Positions 1 to 9,893 of a DNA stretch of 64,000 bases are shown piece after piece. Every line of letters begins with the position of its first letter. Positions within the stretch are counted from its first letter, which is position 1. The translations under genes and the position numbers were made by a program. This DNA is from a virus (taxonomy: Duplodnaviria; Caudoviricetes), in IMG/VR virus record IMGVR_UViG_3300035517_000173, positions 4,346 to 68,345 of that record; one strand, written 5' to 3'. The notes under the pieces were generated by a model. It was given only the letters and a program-made list of their open reading frames with translations, did not search any database and was not told where the DNA came from.

Positions 1-8
1 TGATATTA

Positions 9-138
9 TTAAGGAAATCCGTTATAATCTATTTACCACAACAGATTAAAACTAACTTATTTTAAGGTTTTCCTTAATTTAGGTCTAGTATACTACGGTC
101 TGGCATAATCGTCAAGTATTTTTTAAGGTTTTCCATAA
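9..138. promoter_or_regulatory. Three repressor operator-like palindromes
   Basis: TTAAGG-TTTT-CCTTAA (62-77, perfect), TTAAGG-TTTT-CCATAA (123-138) and TTAAGG-AAAT-CCGTTA (9-24), upstream of the XRE repressor. Confidence 0.7.
87..115 (-). promoter_or_regulatory. Leftward sigma70-type promoter (lytic/cro direction)
   Basis: Minus strand TTGACG-17 nt-TATACT, lying between two operators. Confidence 0.7.
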
Positions 139-156
139 TTTTTTAGGAGTGATTTT

Positions 157-489
157 ATGTACGAGACTTATAAAGCATTATTAGACAAGCACAATTTGAA
201 AAATTCAGACATAGCCAAAGCAACTGGAATTTCCAATATGACACTGTCTGATTGGAAACGTGGAAAGACGCACCCAAAGACAAGCACATTACAAAAGATA
301 GCTGATTATTTCCATGTCAGCGTTGACTACCTATTGTACGGCGAAGAATTTTCAGACGAAAACGCAAAACTGACAAGTTTAATCAGAAATGACACAGAAC
401 TTTCAAAGGCACTGTCAAAGTATGCGAAAATGACGGATGACAAGAAGAAACTTGTTGTGAAGTATATCAATATGTTGGATGAGGTGTGA
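157..489 (+). CDS. XRE/Cro-C1 HTH repressor (cI-like)
   Basis: LKNSDIAKATGISNMTLSDWKRG...IADYFHVSVDYLL HTH_3 signature; flanked by operators. Confidence 0.9.
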   Translation: MYETYKALLDKHNLKNSDIAKATGISNMTLSDWKRGKTHPKTSTLQKIADYFHVSVDYLLYGEEFSDENAKLTSLIRNDTELSKALSKYAKMTDDKKKLVVKYINMLDEV

Positions 490-812
490 TTATGACAAGT
501 GATAAAGTATTGAAATCTATCGCAAAGAACAGAAAACCAGATAACAGCGTTGATTATAGGGATGTCGAGAATGAACTAAAAATGAGTGACACATCTCTCA
601 CACCGTTTCTTAAAGAATTATCGACAAAAGGATATATCACTCAATTCTTGGGTCAGATAGAAATAACCGACTTAGGACTTTCGGCGTCCAAAAAGGCGTC
701 TTTTCCGTTTCGGCTGTTCCATAATTCTCCCAAATTTCTTCTGAATGTAATCATTGATGTCGCTGTCGGTTTGCTCGTCGCTTTCCTTGTCTATCATTTC
801 GGATGGCAGTAA
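486..812 (+). CDS. Small protein with winged-helix-like N-terminus and C-terminal TM helix
   Basis: GTGA overlap with the repressor stop; hydrophobic C-terminus IIDVAVGLLVAFLVYHF. Confidence 0.65.
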   Translation: MIMTSDKVLKSIAKNRKPDNSVDYRDVENELKMSDTSLTPFLKELSTKGYITQFLGQIEITDLGLSASKKASFPFRLFHNSPKFLLNVIIDVAVGLLVAFLVYHFGWQ

Positions 813-980
813 ACCAATAACCTTTAGTACCAAAAGGGTATCAAAGATTGCGTCGCTTTTTCTTTGTCCAGAAGCAGTAAGCATGCTTAATAACCACAAA
901 TCATTGAACTGCTTGTCAGACAAGTGTATTCCAACGTATTCAAGACCATCTTTGCTTGTGTCAATTCTGTAACTATTCAT
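672..980 (-). CDS. Hypothetical protein, convergent with and overlapping 486-812
   Basis: ATGA-coupled to the upstream small ORF 977-1096; the C-terminal overlap part may be a by-product. Confidence 0.45.
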   Translation of the reverse strand: MNSYRIDTSKDGLEYVGIHLSDKQFNDLWLLSMLTASGQRKSDAIFDTLLVLKVIGLLPSEMIDKESDEQTDSDINDYIQKKFGRIMEQPKRKRRLFGRRKS

Positions 981-1096
981 TCATATACCCTCATAACGAT
1001 ATCTTTTACTATAAGATAAATATACCGCAAAATAGCCTTATCGTCAATTGTTTTCAACATTACCGTAATCATTTCCCTATAGTTTTCTGCTTTCAT
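977..1096 (-). CDS. 39-aa small protein MKAENYREMITVMLKTIDDKAILRYIYLIVKDIVMRVYE (not in ORF track)
   Basis: Translated by hand; GGAG-rich RBS upstream. Confidence 0.55.
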   Translation of the reverse strand: MKAENYREMITVMLKTIDDKAILRYIYLIVKDIVMRVYE

Positions 1097-1351
1097 TCTC
1101 CCTATCTCCTAACATCATCAAATTTGTTTTTGCTAAACATCCGTTTGTATTCCCTGTACCCCGACACGATACGTCTATTATACAGTTTTTTCAATAAAGT
1201 CCAAAATTTCATTGCTAAATCCCCCTATAAATGCTAAAATTGTAACTGTTGTGGGGATGCGAATTGCGGACACACCCCCACTGGTCAGAACTTGAATTGC
1301 CCCTCTGCATGGGGCATTTTCATTTTATTATAAGGGGGAGAAAATAGAAAC

Positions 1352-2104
1352 ATGATAGAAAGATATAGATTAAGGGAATTGTCAAGGGAATTATCTGCTG
1401 ACAGATACGACTATATGACGGCTTTCCGAAAAAACGTGAATCTGTATTTGTCTGAAAAAGAATTGACCATACGTGAACTGGCGGAAATCGCTGACCTGCC
1501 GATTGAAACGCTGAAAAGTTTCCTGCATATGGGTACAAGGGATTGCAAGGTGTCTACTGCCGTTAAACTGGCAAGGGCGCTAGAAATAAGCGTGGATGAG
1601 TTAATCGGTGCGGAAACGCTTGAATTTGACTTTAAGCACAACTGCGCCATCTGTCGGAACATCCCCGACAATGCCATGTATCTGATTAACTGGATAATCA
1701 GAAATCAAGAAAAGATGTACCAAAATGCCGAAAAAGGGAAAAGGGTTATAAGCGTCATGCGTCCAACGGTGGATAATAACGGAAACCTCAAACCGAACTA
1801 CGATTTTGAAGATTTAGATATAAGCAGTACAAAAGATGATATCAAGTATAAGACATTTTTAGGAATACAGTTACCCGATGACCGATATATGCCATATTAC
1901 ACGCCGTATGATATTTTGCTTGTGGCAAATGACCGTGAACCTAAAATCAACGAACACTGCGTGATTATCTGCGGTGGCAATATGTTTCTTGCAAGGAAAG
2001 AAAACGGAAAATACTACTCCATTCGTGACGGTAAATTCCGTGCAAATGAAGATGAAAAAGATGATTTTGTCGGATATATCACAAGTGCTGGGAAAGGAAT
2101 TTAG
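1352..2104 (+). CDS. XRE-family HTH regulator with LexA/S24-like C-terminal region
   Basis: LTIRELAEIADLPIETLKSF...LARALEISVDEL HTH; C-terminal YMPYYTPYDILLV motif. Confidence 0.8.
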   Translation: MIERYRLRELSRELSADRYDYMTAFRKNVNLYLSEKELTIRELAEIADLPIETLKSFLHMGTRDCKVSTAVKLARALEISVDELIGAETLEFDFKHNCAICRNIPDNAMYLINWIIRNQEKMYQNAEKGKRVISVMRPTVDNNGNLKPNYDFEDLDISSTKDDIKYKTFLGIQLPDDRYMPYYTPYDILLVANDREPKINEHCVIICGGNMFLARKENGKYYSIRDGKFRANEDEKDDFVGYITSAGKGI

Positions 2105-2126
2105 GTAGGGTTATTCAACCCTACCT
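2103..2126. terminator. Hairpin between convergent transcripts (probable terminator)
   Basis: AGGTAGGGTT-attc-AACCCTACCT, perfect 10-bp stem. Confidence 0.7.
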
Positions 2127-2137
2127 TTCCCATTTAC

Positions 2138-2257
2138 TTACTCCTTATTTTCTTCCAGTTCATCCAGTGCTTTTTGCACCTTGCTTCGCCATAACGACGG
2201 TACATCGTCAATGGTCATAAGACCATCATTAATTCGTCTCACATAGATAGATACCAT
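2138..2257 (-). CDS. CD1375-like small phage protein, 39 aa (not in ORF track)
   Basis: MVSIYVRRINDGLMTIDDVPSLWRSKVQKALDELEENKE, typical of proteins at the end of tail modules. Confidence 0.75.
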   Translation of the reverse strand: MVSIYVRRINDGLMTIDDVPSLWRSKVQKALDELEENKE

Positions 2258-2259
2258 AT

Positions 2260-2496
2260 TTACACCTCGCTTTCTTTTTCTGCTAAATTTGACACGATTT
2301 CTGCCAATTCACACAATGCGTCATTTTGCTCGCTGATTAAATCTGCCAGTTCAACCGTGCCAGATTCGTCCTCTGTGATTTTGTCTGCATTTTCTTGATG
2401 CTTCTGTATTGTAAAATTATCAAGTTGTCTGCCGATTTCATTGACTTTTTGCGATACGGCATTGATAGATTGAAAAATTTGTGTTGTTACATCCAT
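2260..2496 (-). CDS. Hypothetical coiled-coil tail-region protein
   Basis: Co-oriented with the tail fibre; AGGAGG RBS. Confidence 0.7.
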   Translation of the reverse strand: MDVTTQIFQSINAVSQKVNEIGRQLDNFTIQKHQENADKITEDESGTVELADLISEQNDALCELAEIVSNLAEKESEV

Positions 2497-2521
2497 TTAA
2501 ATTTACCTCCTGTTTTAGTAA

Positions 2522-5500
2522 TTACAAGCAGAACGCAGGGCAGATACCATAGGTTTTATTCGGTACGGTAGTTACCGCCGTACCAGAAGTACTTACATAA
2601 TAAACATACGACCGACCCGATAAATATCCTTGTGACCACCATGCTACGGCACTTCCTGTACTTGTAGCATTACCGGCGTACTTAATTCGATTACTGCTTG
2701 TGTTATAATAGGCATAGCACGAACTACCAAAAATATCAATGTAATCTGCGATAAAACAATAATCAGAAACACTAGTGGTATCCATATATGGGGTCCAAGT
2801 CACTGGTCTAACCAAACCTTTAAGATAGCTCGGTAGTGCTGATTTAAATACGTTATTACACCAAGTGCGTCTTTCGCTCGTTTCCCAATAAAGATTGTAT
2901 ACAGTAGTATTACCGCTAGTTGTACTATTCAAGGTCATATACCCAGTCTCGGCTGTTGTTCCATTAGATAATACATTTTTAAGCTGTACCGTGATAAGTG
3001 CTTTTGTCTTGCCACCATTCGCATCGGTCAGTGTATCTTTGTCAAAATCCAAGATAACCAACTGCTGTGTCTGCGCTACATGGGATTCTCCTACTCCAGT
3101 CGCTGACATCGCAGACAGTGATATGGTTCTTGCATCGCCCACACTCCATACGGACTTCACGTCATCCAAAGTAATCATGCCGTTATAGTAGGCATTTATC
3201 ATTCTGGCAATCTGGCTGTCCGTTGCAGTTGACCATGGCACTAAGTATCCGCTAAATATATCCACGCTCGTAAGCACTGTTGAGCCAGATTTTAGGCTTA
3301 ATGTACTGCCATCCAGTGACATTGTGGTTGCGTAATTACTGTGGGTATGTGATGACTTCGCCGCACCTATGTTGTCTGGGGTACAGTATTCCTTGTAGTT
3401 TGTTTCATCTAATAATCTAGACCAGCTATACCAATCATCACCAACATCTCTTAATGCACGATACCACATTCCACCGCCAGCTTTATCCCAACGGACATCT
3501 ATTTCTGCTGAGCCTGTATTACCCATACCAAACCCAATTACAGCACCATATGGTGTTGGTGCATTTGTTCCAGTATACGTTCTGTATGAATATACTCCTC
3601 TATATAAAGTATTTCTTCCTGTTAATGGGTCAGCAGTACCTATTGGAGATATATGGTCGATTATATCACCGTAGTTCCCCTCGTCTAACACTCGTTTCCA
3701 GGATACCCATGTGCCGTTATTTCTTCCTCTAACTGCAATCGAACCAGACCGATAATCTCCATATATCATGTGTGCCCATGATGAAGAATAAACTTGCTTG
3801 TAAAGAGCACCATCCGTGATATCTGTTGTCAGTGCAGTACCAGTATACCCTTGTACATAGCCAATGGCATTAGCGGTCAAAGTATCCTGCCCTACATTTG
3901 CCGTAGATGTATTAGTAAAATATGAAAGACCAGATGCTGTATCTGCCACAGCTACTCTACCGTTCAGCGTACTAGTGAGATATCCAGTTGGTAATTCCGT
4001 TACATCTTCATTCTCCCAAGTCCATGATATACTGTTATATGCCTTAGAACCGAATGTAAAATCTGTGATAGTAATATCATCATATGTACCCTGTTTCTTA
4101 ACATAAAGTGTCCATGTACCTGTGTCAGATTTGTAATAGTATAGAGGCCATCCGTTTACTAACCAGTGATAACATCCAGCCACCGAAGGGTCTGTACTAG
4201 TATTTCCTGCAAATATTATGCTATAATTAATTTTTAAGCCAATACCTCTATGGGTCACAGCAAACATGATTGGTCTGTCTGCATAACTGCCTGTGATTTT
4301 CAGCGTAGCTATTTTCTTATAATAGCCATCGGTGTAATTGGTATATCCAAATTCTTTATTGACGATATCCTTATTCATGTAAATTCTGCCAGACACGTAT
4401 CCACCAGATAACGGCAAATATGTACTTGCGATGTTATTTCCATTGCCATCTTGCGTTGCTTTGGTTGCTGTGGCGACACTATCACTCGCCGTAATATATC
4501 CACTGTCATTTGTCAATGCAGACACCTTTGTCGGTATATCATCCGTAACAGCAATAGTCCCCGACTTGCTAGGAAGTGTAAGCTGATTTTTATTATACGT
4601 AGTTTCATTACAAATACTTTGACAATTTAAAATCCTGTGAATGTATCCATAATGCCATTTGTACGACGCTGACCCAAAGTCTATGTTACTAGATGTTTTA
4701 GGTGCTAACGCACCAGTAATTGAACTTGAACCCGACAAGGGTATAGCACCAACATTGTCACACGTGATGTTCACATTCCCCCTGCGATAGCTTGTCTCTG
4801 AATCTCCCTTTACTCCTGTCACTGGCGTTCCTGCAAGGCAATCCCAGTATCCGTCTGCCGTATAATAGACGTTCGTTCCCATCGGGTATTCGATACCGCC
4901 GCCATCTTTAAAATTGTCATCCGATGTGAAATCATCCGATATGTTATACATATAACCCGAAACTTTAGGAGACGTGTTCAGCTCGGCATAAGTTATCGTA
5001 CCCATAGGTAGAAGTGTTCCATTTAGCCCCTCTGATATACTTTTGGTCTGCTCATAATATTTCTTTGCGTCCTCGGAATATCCCTTTGATTCTGTGACGG
5101 CGGTATCCAGGTCGGTTGCATATCCGCTTGCACTTTCTGCGGATTGCAGTGCTTCTGATGCTTTCGCTGTTGCTGTATTAGCGGAATTGGATGCGCTTTC
5201 TGCACTTGCCTTAGCGTTTGTTTCGCTTGCACTTGCCGATTCCGCACTCTCACTTGCCGTAGATGCACTTTTTGACGCACTTGATTCACTCGCACTTGCC
5301 GATTCTGCGCTTGCTTTAGCGTTCGCTTCACTTGTTGATGCGCTTTCCGCTTTTTCCGTAGCAGTTTCTTCCGATTTCTTTGCCGATTCTGCGCTTGCAC
5401 TTGCGTTCTTCTCACTCGTCGATGCACTTTCTGCACTGGCTTTAGCGTTCGCTTCACTTGTTGATGCGCTTTCCGCTTTTTCCGTAGCAGTTTCTTCCGA

Positions 5501-6310
5501 TTTCTTTGCCGATTCTGCACTGTCACTTGCGTTCTTCTCACTCGTCGATGCGCTTTCTGCACTTGCTTTAGCGTTCTCTTCACTCGTCGATGCTGATTGC
5601 GCACTTGAAACGGATGTTTCTTTTGCTTCTTTCGCCACATCACTGTAATACTTTGAATTGTCAGTATCTTCGCTTTCTCTTATGCCACTTCCGCCAACCG
5701 CATAACTCTGTGCCAATTTTGCGTCAAAAGAAGCATCCGTAGCTGAATCTGCCGCGTTTGATGCGCTATTTTCCGCCGCTTGTGCATTGGATATGATTTG
5801 CGCCAAGTAATTTGGCTGTAAATACTCATCCGTAATGCTGTTCTTCTTTAACTCTGCCTTTATGTGATGCCCGTTTTCATCAACATCATCCGAAAGCGCT
5901 ACAGTATCGGAATCTTCATATACGTATGTCGGTATCATTTTCCCAATATCTGCTGTCCATTCTGTTCCATCCTCTGTTTTCATGGTTATAACGCCATTTT
6001 CATCCATAGAAAATGACACTGGTATCTTCTCTATATTGAAATCAATCTGAAACTCCGTTCCATCATAGAACTTCATTTTGAATATGCCAGTGTCGGAATC
6101 CCATGTTGGCGTTTCGGAAAATAATTTCCCTGCGCTGTCCTTGTCCAGTTTTCCAGTCGAAAATTCATCATATGCAGTATTCAAATTTCCCGCAATTTCA
6201 TAAATAGCTGAATCCATGCGGTTTAGATTTGTCTTTCCAAGCGGAGTTGTAAGTGATTCTGACTTATTCAGCCAGTTTACCCTACTGTATACAAATTTTG
6301 TAAATGACAT
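2522..6310 (-). CDS. Tail fibre/receptor-binding protein with Ala/Ser coiled-coil repeats and a DUF6273-like C-terminal domain
   Basis: 1262 aa; ASAESASTSE repeats; RGNVNIT fibre motif; ends ...WETSERRTWCN...AWW...YGICPAFCL. Confidence 0.85.
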   Translation of the reverse strand: MSFTKFVYSRVNWLNKSESLTTPLGKTNLNRMDSAIYEIAGNLNTAYDEFSTGKLDKDSAGKLFSETPTWDSDTGIFKMKFYDGTEFQIDFNIEKIPVSFSMDENGVITMKTEDGTEWTADIGKMIPTYVYEDSDTVALSDDVDENGHHIKAELKKNSITDEYLQPNYLAQIISNAQAAENSASNAADSATDASFDAKLAQSYAVGGSGIRESEDTDNSKYYSDVAKEAKETSVSSAQSASTSEENAKASAESASTSEKNASDSAESAKKSEETATEKAESASTSEANAKASAESASTSEKNASASAESAKKSEETATEKAESASTSEANAKASAESASASESSASKSASTASESAESASASETNAKASAESASNSANTATAKASEALQSAESASGYATDLDTAVTESKGYSEDAKKYYEQTKSISEGLNGTLLPMGTITYAELNTSPKVSGYMYNISDDFTSDDNFKDGGGIEYPMGTNVYYTADGYWDCLAGTPVTGVKGDSETSYRRGNVNITCDNVGAIPLSGSSSITGALAPKTSSNIDFGSASYKWHYGYIHRILNCQSICNETTYNKNQLTLPSKSGTIAVTDDIPTKVSALTNDSGYITASDSVATATKATQDGNGNNIASTYLPLSGGYVSGRIYMNKDIVNKEFGYTNYTDGYYKKIATLKITGSYADRPIMFAVTHRGIGLKINYSIIFAGNTSTDPSVAGCYHWLVNGWPLYYYKSDTGTWTLYVKKQGTYDDITITDFTFGSKAYNSISWTWENEDVTELPTGYLTSTLNGRVAVADTASGLSYFTNTSTANVGQDTLTANAIGYVQGYTGTALTTDITDGALYKQVYSSSWAHMIYGDYRSGSIAVRGRNNGTWVSWKRVLDEGNYGDIIDHISPIGTADPLTGRNTLYRGVYSYRTYTGTNAPTPYGAVIGFGMGNTGSAEIDVRWDKAGGGMWYRALRDVGDDWYSWSRLLDETNYKEYCTPDNIGAAKSSHTHSNYATTMSLDGSTLSLKSGSTVLTSVDIFSGYLVPWSTATDSQIARMINAYYNGMITLDDVKSVWSVGDARTISLSAMSATGVGESHVAQTQQLVILDFDKDTLTDANGGKTKALITVQLKNVLSNGTTAETGYMTLNSTTSGNTTVYNLYWETSERRTWCNNVFKSALPSYLKGLVRPVTWTPYMDTTSVSDYCFIADYIDIFGSSCYAYYNTSSNRIKYAGNATSTGSAVAWWSQGYLSGRSYVYYVSTSGTAVTTVPNKTYGICPAFCL
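5180..5590 (-). repeat. Intragenic repeats including a 126-bp (42-aa) tandem duplication
   Basis: SEKNAS(D/A)SAESAKKSEETATEKAESASTSEANAKASAESAS appears twice, plus degenerate heptads; coordinates approximate. Confidence 0.85.
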
Positions 6311-6327
6311 AGCCTATTCTCCAATCT

Positions 6328-6570
6328 TTAGTTTTCACTGGTTTTGCTTTCTTCCAATTCTTTATATACAAATTCCTCAAATGCCGCAAAATCTTTCAGC
6401 ACGTCATCCTTGTTGCTATCAAACATTTCGGAATTTTGGATTGCCTTGTTGATACTCAAATTTCCGTCTGTCTGTATACTGGCGTTCATGTATGCCACCT
6501 GCACATCCTTTTCGCCGTCGTTAATTACGCTTGCACCGTTGATTGTGATTGATTTGTTTAATACTACCAT
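6328..6570 (-). CDS. Hypothetical tail-associated protein
   Basis: Position between the tail spike and tail fibre genes. Confidence 0.75.
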   Translation of the reverse strand: MVVLNKSITINGASVINDGEKDVQVAYMNASIQTDGNLSINKAIQNSEMFDSNKDDVLKDFAAFEEFVYKELEESKTSEN

Positions 6571-6571
6571 T

Positions 6572-9343
6572 TTAAAGCCCTCCTGCTTGTGATAATTTTG
6601 TTTTTATGATTGATAATTCGCCTTGAAGCGATAATATCTCTGTTTTCTGCTGTTCTATTTGGTTCTTCTGCATTTGTATCAATGCCAACATTGGCGGTAT
6701 GATATAGCGTTCGCTCCAATTCTCCACTAAACCGCTATCCCGATATTCCGTTGCTATCGGATATACCTCGTTCACTTCTTCCGCAATGAAACCACATACA
6801 TATTTGTTGTACCGTTTGTCGTTGTTATCCAAATATCCTGCGTTGTACATATACTGCCTTACTGGTAAGTTGTACAGTTTTTCTGGGTTCAAATCTGAAT
6901 TGCATATGTCGGATATACTGTTCTTATACCGCCTTGATGATGAAGCAATCCGCATTAACTTTCCACTTTCATCATTACAACGCACATTTGCCGTATTGGA
7001 AGTAGCAGTATTGTCTCGGATTGATGGAGACAATACCGCATCCTTAGCATCTCCAAGAATAATTTGCCCAGCGTTAGCCGTAGTCAAATTCAATTTACCA
7101 TATGGCTCTAACGTGAGATTTTCGTCACTTTTACAAGTTATAATTGACGTTGTTATACTTTGGTCTTTTATAATCGTTCGTTTATTTGATGATGTAAAGC
7201 CTTCCGATGATAATGTAAATCCTGCTATCGTTCCGCTGTCTGTTGTTACACTTCCGCCGTTGAACGTTTGTCCGCTTATTGTTCCACCGCTTAATCTATT
7301 ACAGTTTATATATCCTGTTGTAATATTCGCTCCATTGATGGTTGTGCTTCCGCTTGTTGACAAGTCACTGAATTTCACAAGTCCTGTCATCTGAATCGTT
7401 CCGCTTGTTGAAGTGGTAGTTCCATCTTCTTTTTTTGTAGTAATTGTAATTCCCGATGTTGTAGAACCATTATCCACAGTTAGTTCAATACTGCTTGCTG
7501 TCTGCTTGATTCTCGATGATAAGTCACTATAACTTGAACTTGCATCCGTTTTTGTCTCGTATTTACCAGAAACCTCTGATGTGATGTCCGTTGCTGTCTG
7601 CGTTATCTTCGATGATAATTCATTGTAGCTTGAACTTGCATCTGTTTTTGTCTCGTATTTACCAGAAATCTCGGATGTAATGCTCTCTGCTGTCTGCGTT
7701 ATCTTTGATGATAATTCATTGTGGCTTGAATTTGCATCTGTTTTAGTCTCATATGTCTTTGAAACATTGGATGTGATGTCAATCTCTGTCTGATTTATCC
7801 TTGAAGATAAATAAATGTAATCATCATTTGCATCTGTTTTAGTCTCATATGTCTTTGAAACCTCGGATGTGATGCTCTCTGCTGTCTGCGTTATTTTTGA
7901 TGATAAGTTTTCGTAGTTTTCATTTGCATCTGTTTTAGTCTCATATGTCTTTGAAACCTCGGATGTGATGCTCTCTGCTGTCTGCGTTATTTTTGATGAT
8001 AAAGTTTCCTCTGTTTCTGTTATTTGACCATCTAGCACTTTCTCTGCCGTTGTTGCCCTTGTAACCTCTGATTCAATACTATCATCCAGTTTTTCTAAAC
8101 GAACTGTTGTAGTGGTATTATTTTCCTCTATGGTCTCATTTATATCTTCTATTGTATCCGATATGTCATTTACATCATCCTCAAGACTGTTCACCTTATC
8201 TTCAAGGCTTGTCTCATTTGCTCTTATCTCATTTCCTTTTGTTTCATATGTATCTTTTAGTCCTTGTATTCCACTAAGTGTCCTTGAAAGTATGATTGAT
8301 TCTACAGTGTCCGTCCTCTTAATAAGCAAATATGTATCTCCGCATTCCATATACGGAAGTCCTTGAAGTTCTGTTGTGTTTGGTCTGTACGTACCACCCC
8401 TTATTCTATCAAAAATCAACTGACCAATTTCCATTAATTCACTTTCTTCTTTTCCGTAGAGCAGTGTGCTATTACTGATAATATATGGATTTGTTGTGTC
8501 ATCACCAATCTGTGCAAGCACACTTTCCGTCTGTATATACAGGCACGTTATTTCTCTTGTCATATATTCTTCATATGTTGTTGAGATATAATCTGCACCA
8601 GTATCTTCGCTATCACCCAAATATGCAAATGGCTCTTCCGGATATAAAGTTTCTTCCGGGTACAAAGTTTCTTCCGGAAATAATGGAGATGTTTTCAAGT
8701 TTATGACTTCAAAGATGCCATTTCGATTTATTCTTCCAAATCCACCATTTAACTCACACATGGATTTTAACAGTTCTGTTCCTGTTATGTTACCTTTGTC
8801 GTATGTCTTTTCGCTTGTAATAACAACATTATCATTGATTAGCGATTGTCTTTTGTACGGTATATTAAAATACGAAAGTAATGATTCTCTTGCTTCTTTT
8901 ACTGTGTGACTTTCCGAAAAGAAATCATTGTACCAGTCAGATGCATCTGCGGATGCATCATACAGAAAATCATAGGCGGTCACTTTCTTATAGTCGTTAT
9001 CATCAACTCTTTTTGCTGAATCCACACGAAATGTTCCGATTGGAATTGATAAATCGCACGTACTTCCATCATCCGAACGGTTCACTTGTAGCTCTGCTGT
9101 AAATTCAAGTCCGCTTAGGTCATTTTCTATAATCTCTGAAACTTCAAACTCAATGGATGAAGCATTGCAACCGCCATACGTCAAATCTTCATCCTCGCAT
9201 ATTGATTCTTTCAATTCTACCGATTCTTGATGAATGGTTTCGTTTGTGATTTCAAGTCCTATGTCTGGAAATTTAAATACATAATCAAAAAAATTGCCAG
9301 TATTCCAAAACAATGCTTTCTGTTCATCCGTAAGGGAAATCAT
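6572..9343 (-). CDS. Minor tail/spike protein with C-terminal peptidase S74-type intramolecular chaperone
   Basis: SSRRYKNSI...GFIAEEV...coiled-coil end; internal 32-aa repeats. Confidence 0.85.
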   Translation of the reverse strand: MISLTDEQKALFWNTGNFFDYVFKFPDIGLEITNETIHQESVELKESICEDEDLTYGGCNASSIEFEVSEIIENDLSGLEFTAELQVNRSDDGSTCDLSIPIGTFRVDSAKRVDDNDYKKVTAYDFLYDASADASDWYNDFFSESHTVKEARESLLSYFNIPYKRQSLINDNVVITSEKTYDKGNITGTELLKSMCELNGGFGRINRNGIFEVINLKTSPLFPEETLYPEETLYPEEPFAYLGDSEDTGADYISTTYEEYMTREITCLYIQTESVLAQIGDDTTNPYIISNSTLLYGKEESELMEIGQLIFDRIRGGTYRPNTTELQGLPYMECGDTYLLIKRTDTVESIILSRTLSGIQGLKDTYETKGNEIRANETSLEDKVNSLEDDVNDISDTIEDINETIEENNTTTTVRLEKLDDSIESEVTRATTAEKVLDGQITETEETLSSKITQTAESITSEVSKTYETKTDANENYENLSSKITQTAESITSEVSKTYETKTDANDDYIYLSSRINQTEIDITSNVSKTYETKTDANSSHNELSSKITQTAESITSEISGKYETKTDASSSYNELSSKITQTATDITSEVSGKYETKTDASSSYSDLSSRIKQTASSIELTVDNGSTTSGITITTKKEDGTTTSTSGTIQMTGLVKFSDLSTSGSTTINGANITTGYINCNRLSGGTISGQTFNGGSVTTDSGTIAGFTLSSEGFTSSNKRTIIKDQSITTSIITCKSDENLTLEPYGKLNLTTANAGQIILGDAKDAVLSPSIRDNTATSNTANVRCNDESGKLMRIASSSRRYKNSISDICNSDLNPEKLYNLPVRQYMYNAGYLDNNDKRYNKYVCGFIAEEVNEVYPIATEYRDSGLVENWSERYIIPPMLALIQMQKNQIEQQKTEILSLQGELSIIKTKLSQAGGL
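7480..8010 (-). repeat. About five 96-bp (32-aa) tandem repeats
   Basis: LSSKITQTAESITSEVSKTYETKTDA units; coordinates approximate. Confidence 0.85.
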
Positions 9344-9366
9344 TTTGGCATCACCACACTTTCTTA

Positions 9367-9816
9367 CTAATATTCTATAAATTCCATACTGATAGGCTGA
9401 TATGTCGGCTCTCCGTTATATGTACCGCCATATGGGAAATCAACATCCGGCACATAAAAAAAACCGAACGCATAATCATCCGTCCAGTCATCATAGTAAC
9501 GTATTCGTATCTTTTTCTCTGGAATTTCCGCACAATCTTTCTGTTTCATCCCATTCATGAGTATCTTTACGAATTTCTTCTTTTTGGAATACGTCATGTA
9601 TGGTGTGCTGAATGTTATACCGGAACGTGTATGTTTCAATACATTTCTTTTCAGTTTTCCGTTTGCGTTCACGTAAGAATCTAAGTCCTGTGCCCTGTCC
9701 GGTGTTGAAGTGTAATTATCTGCAGCTATATATTCATCTATCTTTGTATATGAATAATTTCCACCGGAATATCCTGTTGCGATTGCACAAACGCCTTTGC
9801 TTTTTTCAAATGCCAT
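9367..9816 (-). CDS. Probable distal tail (Dit-like) protein
   Basis: Size, position after the tape measure, FYVPDVDF motif. Confidence 0.6.
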   Translation of the reverse strand: MAFEKSKGVCAIATGYSGGNYSYTKIDEYIAADNYTSTPDRAQDLDSYVNANGKLKRNVLKHTRSGITFSTPYMTYSKKKKFVKILMNGMKQKDCAEIPEKKIRIRYYDDWTDDYAFGFFYVPDVDFPYGGTYNGEPTYQPISMEFIEY

Positions 9817-9845
9817 ATTCCACCTCTTTCCTAAAAATGTTTACA

Positions 9846-9875
9846 AAAAAGACACCTACCTAAGCAAGTGTCTTG
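9846..9875 (-). terminator. Rho-independent terminator
   Basis: Minus: AAGACAC...GTGTCTTTTTT. Confidence 0.6.
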
Positions 9876-9893
9876 ATTATTTATATTAAATTA

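Noticed and set aside
1019-1047. TTGACG-17-TATATT promoter for 672-980
   Set aside because: It lies inside the 39-aa ORF that is translationally coupled to that gene, so it may be coincidental.
2522-2700. Complete diversity-generating retroelement
   Set aside because: No reverse transcriptase ORF or template repeat seen in the window.
5023-5648. ORFs 5023-5643 (-) and 5094-5648 (+)
   Set aside because: Shadow frames of the Ala/Ser repeat region of the tail fibre.
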